DNA of 34,096 bases from Pirellulales bacterium. GTDB lineage: Bacteria; Planctomycetota; Planctomycetia; Pirellulales; JAICIG01. The stretch is taken from positions 1 through 34,096 of the forward strand of contig DATNEC010000443.1 of assembly GCA_035606815.1 (NCBI GenBank), in the 5' to 3' direction. The notes under the pieces are model-generated. The model ran no database searches. It was not told the DNA's origin and saw only the letters and a program-made list of their open reading frames with translations. The translations under genes and the position numbers were made by a program. Positions 24,984 through 31,333 of the stretch are shown here, piece by piece (positions within the stretch are counted from its first letter, which is position 1; every line of letters begins with the position of its first letter).

Positions 24984-25025
24984 CGAAATCCAAAACATGA
25001 AATCCAAAATCCAAAACCTAAAATC
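24984..25025 (+). repeat. A-rich, nearly G-free repeat tract (GAAATCCAAAA units) in the groEL1-groES spacer
   Basis: The tract reads CGAAATCCAAAAC ATGAAATCCAAAAT CCAAAAC CTAAAATC. It is preceded at 24963-24980 by the T-rich complement-type sequence GAATTTTCGATTTTCGAT. Confidence 0.8.
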
Positions 25026-25044
25026 AATCGAGAGAGACTGATTC

Positions 25045-25344
25045 ATGAAAGACATCAAACTCCGTCCCCTGGACGATCGCGTGGTGGTTGAACCCAAGGA
25101 AGCCGAAACGACCACCGCCGGCGGCATCGTGCTGCCCGACACCGCCAAGGAAAAGCCGCAGCGCGGCAAGGTGGTCTCCGTCGGCCCCGGCAAACTGATG
25201 GACAGCGGCGAGCGCGGCAAGCTGTCGGTGACGGTCGGCGACGAAGTGATCTACGGCAAGTACTCGGGTACGGAAATCGAAGTCAACGGCCGCGACGTCA
25301 AGATCCTCCGCGAGAGCGACATTCTGGCCAAGGTCGTCGGGTAA
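25045..25344 (+). CDS. groES: Co-chaperonin GroES
   Basis: Track ORF of 99 aa. [49 protein letters not shown] is a canonical GroES mobile loop and core. Confidence 0.95.
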   Translation: MKDIKLRPLDDRVVVEPKEAETTTAGGIVLPDTAKEKPQRGKVVSVGPGKLMDSGERGKLSVTVGDEVIYGKYSGTEIEVNGRDVKILRESDILAKVVG

Positions 25345-25356
25345 CGGCCACAGACG

Positions 25357-25379
25357 CTGCAGGGTGGGCGCTGCCCGCC
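25357..25379. repeat. Palindromic repeat CTGCAGGGTGGGCGCTGCCCGCC (copy 2 of 2)
   Basis: Matches 9653-9675 at 20 of 23 positions. The changes in the two arms (A to G in each) keep the plus-strand RNA hairpin intact through G-U pairs. Confidence 0.75.
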
Positions 25380-25430
25380 ATGAATCGCGTTTGGTCACTG
25401 CTTCTGATAGGCGATGTCCACGCGGCGAAT

Positions 25431-25458
25431 CGAAAATCCAAAACCGAAAATCCAAAAT
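25431..25458 (+). repeat. Tandem 14-nt repeat CGAAAATCCAAAA(C/T) x2, located 20 nt upstream of the groEL2 start
   Basis: CGAAAATCCAAAAC (25431-25444) and CGAAAATCCAAAAT (25445-25458). Same motif family as 24984-25025. Confidence 0.85.
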
Positions 25459-25477
25459 CTCCAAGGAACCTTCAATC

Positions 25478-27097
25478 GTGGCTAAACAATTGCTGTTCGA
25501 GGACCAGGCCCGGGCCAAGATGCTCAAGGGCGTGGAGAAGCTGGCCGACGCGGTCGCCATTACGATGGGTCCGACCGGCCGCAACGTGATTATCGACAAA
25601 TCGTTCGGCGGACCGACCGTCACCAAGGACGGCGTGACCGTCAGCAAGGAAGTCGAACTCGAAGACCGCTTCGAGAACATGGGCGCCAAGCTCGTCAACG
25701 AAGTGGCCTCCAAAACGTCGGACATCGCCGGCGACGGCACGACGACCGCGACCGTGCTGGCCCGTGCGATCTTCAAGGAAGGCACGCGCAACGTCGCCGC
25801 CGGCAGCAATCCGATGGCGGTGCGGCGCGGCATCGACAAGGCCGTCGAAGCGGCCATCGAGCACCTGAAGAGCATGGCCAAGCCCGTTTCGAGCAAGGAA
25901 GAAATCGCGCAGGTCGGCGCGATCAGCGCCAACAACGACGCCGAAATCGGCAATTTGCTGGCCGACGCCATGGAGAAGGTCGGCAAGGACGGGGTGATTA
26001 CGGTCGAAGAAGGCAAGGCCACCGACACCACGCTCGAGCTGGTGGAAGGCATGCAGTTCGACAAGGGCTACATCTCGCCCTATTTCATCAACCGGCCGGC
26101 CGAGATGGATTGCGTGCTCGACGACGCCTACATCCTGATCCACGAAAAGAAGATCGGCAATTTGCGCGAACTGATTCCGTTGCTGGAGAAGACCAGCCAG
26201 TCCGGCAAGCCGCTGTTGCTGATCGCCGAGGACGTCGAGGGCGAGGCCCTGACCGCTTTGGTCGTGAACAAGCTCCGCGGCGTGCTCAACATCTGCGCCG
26301 TCAAGGCGCCGGGCTTCGGCGATCGCCGCAAGGCCATGCTGGGCGATCTCGCCGTGCTGACCGGCGGCACGCTGATCAGCGAAGACCTGGGGCTGAAGCT
26401 CGAAAACCTGGAGCTGTCGCATTTGGGCCGCGCCAAGCAGATCACCGTCGACAAGAACGACACGACGATCGTACAAGGCGCCGGCAAGACGTCCGACATC
26501 CAGGCCCGGATTCAACAGATCCGCAACCAGATCGAGGCCACCGAAAGCCAGTACGACCGCGAGAAGTTCCAGGAACGGCTGGCCAAGATGACCGGCGGCG
26601 TGGCGATCATTTCGGTCGGCGCCAGCAGCGAGTCGGACATGAAGCAAAAGAAAGCCCGCGTCGAAGACGCGCTGCACGCCACCCGTGCGGCGGTCGAAGA
26701 AGGCATTTTGCCGGGCGGCGGCGTGGCTTTGCTCCGCTGCCGCGAGGTGGTCGAGAAGGCCCGATCGAGCGCCAAGGGAGACGAGAAGATCGGCGTCGAC
26801 ATCATCTTGCACAGCCTGTCGGCGCCGATGAAGCAAATCGCCGACAACTGCGGCATCGACGGTTCGGTGGTGGCCGACGAGGTCAGCCGCAAGGCGACGA
26901 ACATCGGCTACAACGCCAACAAGGCCGAGTACGTCGACATGTACAAGGCCGGCATCATCGATCCGCTGAAGGTCGTGCGCAGCGCCTTGAGCAATGCCGC
27001 CAGCATCTCGGCATTGATGTTGACGACCGAAGCCTTGGTCACCAACCTCGACAAAGACGATCTGAAAAAGAACCGCGTCGAAGGCAGCGTCCGCTAG
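25478..27097 (+). CDS. groEL: Chaperonin GroEL, paralogue 2 (539 aa; charged C-terminal tail, no GGM repeat)
   Basis: Track ORF 25364..27097. I place the start at GTG 25478, giving (M)[14 protein letters not shown], preceded by AAGGAA at 25463-25468. [15 protein letters not shown] and [14 protein letters not shown] are present. The protein ends in ...[18 protein letters not shown]. Confidence 0.95.
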   Translation: MAKQLLFEDQARAKMLKGVEKLADAVAITMGPTGRNVIIDKSFGGPTVTKDGVTVSKEVELEDRFENMGAKLVNEVASKTSDIAGDGTTTATVLARAIFKEGTRNVAAGSNPMAVRRGIDKAVEAAIEHLKSMAKPVSSKEEIAQVGAISANNDAEIGNLLADAMEKVGKDGVITVEEGKATDTTLELVEGMQFDKGYISPYFINRPAEMDCVLDDAYILIHEKKIGNLRELIPLLEKTSQSGKPLLLIAEDVEGEALTALVVNKLRGVLNICAVKAPGFGDRRKAMLGDLAVLTGGTLISEDLGLKLENLELSHLGRAKQITVDKNDTTIVQGAGKTSDIQARIQQIRNQIEATESQYDREKFQERLAKMTGGVAIISVGASSESDMKQKKARVEDALHATRAAVEEGILPGGGVALLRCREVVEKARSSAKGDEKIGVDIILHSLSAPMKQIADNCGIDGSVVADEVSRKATNIGYNANKAEYVDMYKAGIIDPLKVVRSALSNAASISALMLTTEALVTNLDKDDLKKNRVEGSVR

Positions 27098-27129
27098 TCC
27101 TTCGGCAGAGGTTCGAGCAAGCCGACGAC

Positions 27130-27163
27130 GGGCCACTCCCAAGAAACTGGGGTGGCCCGTTTG
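27130..27163 (+). terminator. Possible weak intrinsic terminator or attenuator after groEL2
   Basis: GGGCCAC(T)CCC / GGGGTGGCCC forms a 10-bp stem with one bulge and an 8-nt loop, followed by GTTTG. The short U-tract keeps confidence low. Confidence 0.35.
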
Positions 27164-27188
27164 CGGCGCGGGGGGAAGAGTTCCAAGT

Positions 27189-27261
27189 TTCAGGTTTCAA
27201 GTTCCAGATTAAAAGAAACGGAAGGCGCCTCCGGCCTGGAATCTGGAACTTGGAACCTGAA
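27189..27261. repeat. Long inverted repeat (22-nt arms, 29-nt loop) of the GTTCCAAG/GTTTCAGG heptamer-like family in the groEL2-dnaJ spacer
   Basis: Left arm TTCAGGTTTCAAGTTCCAGATT (27189-27210) pairs with right arm AATCTGGAACTTGGAACCTGAA (27240-27261). One position forms a T-G wobble and the rest are Watson-Crick pairs. Confidence 0.9.
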
Positions 27262-27277
27262 CCCCTATACCGCGGCG

Positions 27278-27283
27278 TATAAT
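27278..27283 (+). promoter_or_regulatory. Perfect TATAAT hexamer 37 nt upstream of the dnaJ start (candidate -10 box; no good -35)
   Basis: CGCGGCGTATAATTCTTC. The hexamers 16-18 nt upstream (ACCTGA / CCTGAA) match TTGACA poorly. Confidence 0.25.
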
Positions 27284-27319
27284 TCTTCAGCAACCGGTCC
27301 GTGTTCCTTCCTCACAGCC

Positions 27320-28495
27320 ATGGCGAGTATGGCCGGCAAACGCGATTACTACGAGGTCTTGGAGATCGAGCGCAGCGCCTCGGGCAATGAGATTGCGACC
27401 GCTTATCGCAAGCTGGCGATCAAGTACCACCCGGACAAGAACCCGGGCGACGAAGAGGCCGTCGGGCGCTTCAAAGAGTGCGCCGAGGCGTTCGAGGTCT
27501 TGAACGATCCCGACAAGCGGGCCCGCTACGACCGCTACGGCCATGCCGGCGTCGACGGCCCGGGGGGCGGTTCGCCGCACTTCACCGACATCAACGACGT
27601 CTTCGAGGCCTTCGGCGACATCTTCGGCGACGGCGTGTTCGGAGATATCTTCGGGCGCGGCGGCGGGCGAGGTCGAGGGCGGGGACGCCGAGCGCGGCGC
27701 GGCGGCGACGTGCGGGCCGACGTCACGCTGGACCTGATCGAGGCCGCGCGCGGCGTCAGCAAACAGGTGCGGATCGAACGGCACGAGCGCTGCTCCGATT
27801 GCCAGGGCTCCGGCGCCAAGTCCGGATCGTCGCCCGAAAAATGCCGTTACTGCGGCGGCGCCGGACAAGTCATACAAACGACCGGCATCTTCCGCGTGCA
27901 GACGACCTGCCCTTCCTGCCACGGCGCCGGCAGCGTCATCAAAGACCGCTGCCCGAGTTGCGGCGGCGAGGGGTTGGTCAAACGCCGCGTGGAGCGCGAG
28001 GTGCGCATTCCCGCGGGCGTCGATAACGAAATGCGGCTGCGGTTGACGGGCGAGGGCAACCACAGCCCCGACGGCGGCCCGCCGGGCGACTGCTATTGTT
28101 TCATCGCGCTCAAGGAGCACGCGCTGTTCCATCGCGAGGGCCGGAACCTGATCTGCCCGCTTCCGGTCACCTACTCGCAGGCGGCGCTCGGCGCGACGTT
28201 GGAAGTGCCCACCTTGGAAGGCCGCGACGAGCTGCAAATCCCCGCGGGCACGCAGCCCGGCGAGGTGTTCAAGCTGCGCGGCCGCGGCATGCCCGACTTG
28301 CAGCATCGCGGCAAGGGCGACCTGTTGGTGCAGATTCACCTGGAGGTGCCCAAGTCGCTCAACGCCCGCCAGGAAGAGTTGCTGCGCGAGCTGGCCGAAG
28401 AGGAACATCGCAACGTGAGCGCCCACCGCAAAAGCTTTTTCGAGAAGCTGAAGGATTATTTCATTCCCGACGAATCGAACCAGGAGGGGGAGTAG
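27320..28495 (+). CDS. dnaJ: Molecular chaperone DnaJ (type I: J domain, G/F region, four CxxCxGxG zinc-finger repeats)
   Basis: Track ORF 27152..28495, with the start taken at ATG 27320 (MASMAGKRDYYEVLEIERSASGNEIATAYRKLAIKYHPDKNPGD). Zinc-finger repeats are CSDCQGSG, CRYCGGAG, CPSCHGAG and CPSCGGEG. The upstream 56 codons of the track ORF are encoded by the hairpin repeat. Confidence 0.95.
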   Translation: MASMAGKRDYYEVLEIERSASGNEIATAYRKLAIKYHPDKNPGDEEAVGRFKECAEAFEVLNDPDKRARYDRYGHAGVDGPGGGSPHFTDINDVFEAFGDIFGDGVFGDIFGRGGGRGRGRGRRARRGGDVRADVTLDLIEAARGVSKQVRIERHERCSDCQGSGAKSGSSPEKCRYCGGAGQVIQTTGIFRVQTTCPSCHGAGSVIKDRCPSCGGEGLVKRRVEREVRIPAGVDNEMRLRLTGEGNHSPDGGPPGDCYCFIALKEHALFHREGRNLICPLPVTYSQAALGATLEVPTLEGRDELQIPAGTQPGEVFKLRGRGMPDLQHRGKGDLLVQIHLEVPKSLNARQEELLRELAEEEHRNVSAHRKSFFEKLKDYFIPDESNQEGE

Positions 28496-28579
28496 GTTTC
28501 AAGTTCCAAGTTTCAGGTTCCAAGTTATGAGAGCGTCGCACGAGTTCCTCTTGGAACCTGAAACTTGGAACTTGGAACC
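28495..28579. repeat. Long inverted repeat (30-nt arms, 25-nt loop), same family as 27189-27261, in the dnaJ-grpE spacer
   Basis: Left arm GGTTTCAAGTTCCAAGTTTCAGGTTCCAAG (28495-28524) pairs with right arm CTTGGAACCTGAAACTTGGAACTTGGAACC (28550-28579). 29 of 30 pairs are Watson-Crick and the remaining one is a T-G wobble. The left arm begins at the last base of the dnaJ stop codon. Confidence 0.9.
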
Positions 28580-28596
28580 TCAAGCCCTATAGAACC

Positions 28597-29184
28597 ATGA
28601 ACGATACGAATCCAACCAACGAGCCCCGAGGCGCCGACGAGCAAGCGGCCGCGGCCGATGCGGTGCTTCGCCGCGCCGCGGCATCGGAAGCTTCGGAAGA
28701 TCCGGCGGCCGTCGAAGACGAAGCCGAACAGGCCCGGCGCGATCTGGACGAGGCCCGCGACCGCGTGTTGCGGGCCCAGGCTGAGTTGGACAACTACCGC
28801 AAACGGGCGCGGCGCGAATTGGACGAAGAGCGACGCTACGCGGCGTTGCCTTTGCTTGGCGATCTGCTGCCGGTGCTGGACAACGTGGGCCGGGCGATTC
28901 AAGCGGCGGAAAAAAATTCCGAGGCCGGCAGCCTGGTGGAGGGCGTGAAGCTGGTGGCGCAGCAGTTGGAAGGCGTGCTCGGCCGCTATCACTGCGTCCG
29001 CATCGAGGCCTTGCACAAGCCGTTCGACCCGCACCTGCATCAGGCGATCATGCAGCAGCCCAGCGCCGAATATCCGCCCGGCACGGTGTTGCAGGTGGCG
29101 CAAGAAGGCTACCAGGTGTACGACCGCGTGCTGCGGCCCGCGCAGGTGATCGTTTCGGCCGCGGCCGATTCCGGGGCGAACTAA
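28597..29184 (+). CDS. grpE: Nucleotide exchange factor GrpE
   Basis: Track ORF of 195 aa. Acidic N-terminus, then RAQAELDNYRKRARRE, LPVLDNVGRA and the C-terminal FDPHLHQAI...GYQVYDRVLRPAQV blocks typical of GrpE. Confidence 0.9.
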   Translation: MNDTNPTNEPRGADEQAAAADAVLRRAAASEASEDPAAVEDEAEQARRDLDEARDRVLRAQAELDNYRKRARRELDEERRYAALPLLGDLLPVLDNVGRAIQAAEKNSEAGSLVEGVKLVAQQLEGVLGRYHCVRIEALHKPFDPHLHQAIMQQPSAEYPPGTVLQVAQEGYQVYDRVLRPAQVIVSAAADSGAN

Positions 29185-29201
29185 GGAAAGATCAAACCAA
29201 C

Positions 29202-29564
29202 ATGCCGACTTACGACTACGTTTGCGACGCCTGCGGCCACAAATTCGAACTGTTCCAATCGATCACGGCCGAGGTCGAAAAAAAATGCCCGGAGTGCGGC
29301 AAGAAGAAGCTGCGCCGCTTGATCGGCGCGGGGGCGGCGATCGTCTTCAAAGGCTCGGGCTTCTACCAGACCGACTACCGTAGCGATTCTTACAAGAAGC
29401 GGGCCGAGGCCGACAGCAAATCGAGCGATACGAAGCCGGCCGACGGCAAGTCTGCGGAAGGCAAGTCCGAGAGCAAGTCGAGCGAATCGAAAACTCCCGA
29501 AAGCAAGCCCAGCGGCGGCTCGACCTCCAAGCCTGAAAAGAAAACGAAACCGAAAAGCGACTGA
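29202..29564 (+). CDS. FmdB-family (CxxC_CxxC_SSSS) zinc-ribbon protein with Lys/Ser-rich disordered tail
   Basis: Track ORF of 120 aa. MPTYDYVCDACGHKFELFQSITAEVEKKCPECG...LIGAGAAIVFKGSGFY is the family signature. The tail is SKSSDTKPADGKSAEGKSESKSSESKTPESKPSGGSTSKPEKKTKPKSD. It starts 17 nt after the grpE stop, with AAGGAAAG upstream. Confidence 0.85.
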   Translation: MPTYDYVCDACGHKFELFQSITAEVEKKCPECGKKKLRRLIGAGAAIVFKGSGFYQTDYRSDSYKKRAEADSKSSDTKPADGKSAEGKSESKSSESKTPESKPSGGSTSKPEKKTKPKSD

Positions 29565-29569
29565 CGCCG

Positions 29570-30649
29570 CTAGCGGGCCAGCCGCTCGCGGATCGTTTCC
29601 CAGGCGATCGGCGGCAGGTCGTCGCGCGAACAGGCGATTGTCGCGTGGTCCGCCGGCACGATCACGAAATCGCCGACGCCGTCCAGGCGCGTGCTGGCGA
29701 CCGTCACCAAGCCATCGCCGGCCGCGGGGCGATCGCGCAATTGGGCGGCCCAAACCGTCAAGCGCTCTCGCAGGCGATCGTCGGCTTCGATTCGCAGTTC
29801 GGGCACGCAACGGGCGACAAGACCCAGACTCGCGGCCGTATAGCGCCAACCGCAACTGCGGTTGCCCGCGATGATCGTATAGCTCACCCCCTCGCGCCGC
29901 GGCCGGGCGTTGAGGTTCGTCAGAAAGCTCGACTCGGGCCTCAGGTCGCGGCCCGCTTCCCCGACCCCGTCGATAAAGGGCCAGGTCCAATGCCAGTTCG
30001 GATCGCTGCGCCACACCGCAAAATGTTCGGCCATCTCGGAGCAGCAATTCCAGCGGGCATACCGCGAGCCTTGGTTTGGCGGCGCCAACAGAATCAACCG
30101 ATCGATTCCGCCCGCATAATCGGGGCCTTCCACGTAACTGCGGGCCACGATGCCGCCCATGCTGTGCGTCAGCAGCGCGGTCTGCAAATCGGGATGCGCC
30201 TCATGCAGCGATTGCAATTCCTGGGCGAGCAGCTTGGCGCTGTCGGCGATGGGTTGGTCGTTCGGGAAATCGAAATAAGCGAGTTGATGGCCCTCCGCGG
30301 CGAGCAAGTCCGCAAGATCTTGCCAGAAGGCCGATCCCGAATCGAGGCCATGCACCAGCACGAGCAGCGGCTTCGCGTCGTCGAGCGGCGCCGGCAGCCG
30401 CAGTCCGTAAATCGGCCGTCGGTCCTCGGGCGTCCATCGCGCCGCCGACGTCCGCACCCAGCCTCGCGCGCGGTCCGACGCCGCCGAGAGCCTCGTCCCC
30501 TGGGCCGCCGCGAAGTCTTTCACTTTCTCGGTGCATCGCGCGGCGCACGTTTTCGCGCTCTGCCAGGTTTCGGCGAACCAGCCGGCTTCCGCGCGGGCAG
30601 GACATGCCAAGCATGCGATCAAGCAAGCAGCAACTAACCGCGGGCGCAT
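29570..30649 (-). CDS. Secreted alpha/beta hydrolase (lipase/esterase, PGAP1- or class-2-lipase-like)
   Basis: Track ORF of 359 aa with signal peptide MRPRLVAACLIACLACPARAEA. LVLVHGLDSGSAFW and the nucleophile elbow THSMGG are present. Convergent with the zinc-ribbon gene, with a 5-nt gap. Confidence 0.8.
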   Translation of the reverse strand: MRPRLVAACLIACLACPARAEAGWFAETWQSAKTCAARCTEKVKDFAAAQGTRLSAASDRARGWVRTSAARWTPEDRRPIYGLRLPAPLDDAKPLLVLVHGLDSGSAFWQDLADLLAAEGHQLAYFDFPNDQPIADSAKLLAQELQSLHEAHPDLQTALLTHSMGGIVARSYVEGPDYAGGIDRLILLAPPNQGSRYARWNCCSEMAEHFAVWRSDPNWHWTWPFIDGVGEAGRDLRPESSFLTNLNARPRREGVSYTIIAGNRSCGWRYTAASLGLVARCVPELRIEADDRLRERLTVWAAQLRDRPAAGDGLVTVASTRLDGVGDFVIVPADHATIACSRDDLPPIAWETIRERLAR

Positions 30650-30717
30650 CGAAAGTTCTCCGTGGTGCTCGGCCCGGACACTTGCAAACCTTAAGGCAGC
30701 GAGGGTTCGCTGCTCGG

Positions 30718-30948
30718 CTATGCGCGCACCAATCCGCCGACCGAAAGATCCTCATCCAACAGCGGCCAATGAATGCCGTATCCGCCAGGCGACAACTCCG
30801 CCTGGCGGCGCTCGGCGTCAGACGCCGCTGCGAGCTTCGCTGAGCACTTGGACCAAGGGATGCTCAGCGAACCATCGGCGAGCGTCAGAATCAACGCTTC
30901 GGAAGTGACCTCAAACCCCTCGGCTGTGATGGGATCAGTCCGCCGCAT
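30718..30948 (-). CDS. DUF2442 domain protein
   Basis: Track ORF of 76 aa. ...LTLADGSLSIPWSKCSAKLAAASDAERRQAELSPGGYGIHWPLLDEDLSVGGL matches the characteristic DUF2442 C-terminal pattern (G-x-G-IHWP-x-LDEDLSV). Confidence 0.8.
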   Translation of the reverse strand: MRRTDPITAEGFEVTSEALILTLADGSLSIPWSKCSAKLAAASDAERRQAELSPGGYGIHWPLLDEDLSVGGLVRA

Positions 30949-31201
30949 TTCGATCGCCTCCGAAGAATTCGGTCCATCGTTGCAAAATCAGGTCAAAGTG
31001 ATCGAGGATGATCTGGCTCACTTGCTTCCGTAGTTTCGGTGTCATCGCGTACGACCAGGCTTCTTCAATTTGGCCAAGTTCCGGTCGAAGCCAAAACTTG
31101 CACTCGCTGCCGCCCTTACGCGCATGAATGTGAACCGGCTCATTACCTTCATCTGCGTAAAAGAATAGGCGCCATCCTCGTTCAACAACGACCGTCGGCA
31201 T
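30935..31201 (-). CDS. DUF4160 domain protein (88 aa)
   Basis: Track ORF 30935..31279, with the start taken at the internal ATG at 31201 (MPTVVVERGWRLFFYADEGNEPVHIHARKGGSECKFWL), the typical DUF4160 N-terminus. It overlaps the DUF2442 gene by 14 nt. Confidence 0.8.
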   Translation of the reverse strand: MPTVVVERGWRLFFYADEGNEPVHIHARKGGSECKFWLRPELGQIEEAWSYAMTPKLRKQVSQIILDHFDLILQRWTEFFGGDRNAAD

Positions 31202-31333
31202 GAAGTTTACGCTCAATACGCTATTGAATCCAGCACCTCTACGATCCAGACAACATAGCTGCGCAACCTCTCTAATCAAGTTCTGGCGACCGGGCCAGAA
31301 TGCTATTCGCTCGCGCCCGACGATAATTGCGGG

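Noticed and set aside
24961-25458. Possibility that the short tandem repeats around groES form a CRISPR array
   Set aside because: The units are only 12-14 nt, directly abutting or nearly so, with no unique spacers of 25-40 nt and no cas genes in the window.
23013-27142. Long minus-strand ORFs antisense to the chaperonin genes (23013..23843, 23137..24675, 25024..26064, 25472..27142)
   Set aside because: They sit opposite unmistakable GroEL and GroES coding sequence and are low-complexity with no motifs. They are shadow frames. The same applies to 26110..27282 (plus strand, alternative frame).
27152-27319. N-terminal extension of the dnaJ track ORF (MARLRRGGKSSKFQVSSSRLKETEG...)
   Set aside because: It is encoded by the intergenic hairpin repeat, and the canonical J-domain start MASMAGKRDYYEVL lies at 27320. 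Similar 5' over-extensions were trimmed for the ORFs ending at 5477, 11141, 12643, 13791, 16971 (start 15529), 19406, 27097 (start 25364), 31279 and 32644.
27287-28426. 379-aa minus-strand ORF opposite dnaJ, and plus-strand alternative frames 27478..28026 and 28096..28530
   Set aside because: They overlap the canonical DnaJ frame (J domain and four zinc-finger repeats) and have Ala/Arg-rich composition.
28565-28593. TTGGAA-N17-TATAGA as a called promoter feature for grpE
   Set aside because: The -10-like box ends 3 nt before the only plausible ATG of grpE, so a transcript from it could not encode the annotated start. It is kept as an observation within the hairpin finding, not as a feature.
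30696-30713. GCAGCGA-GGGT-TCGCTGC hairpin after the DUF2442 stop as a terminator
   Set aside because: The stem is 7 bp and the following minus-strand sequence (CTTAAGGTTTGC) has only a weak U-tract. This is not enough to call a terminator.
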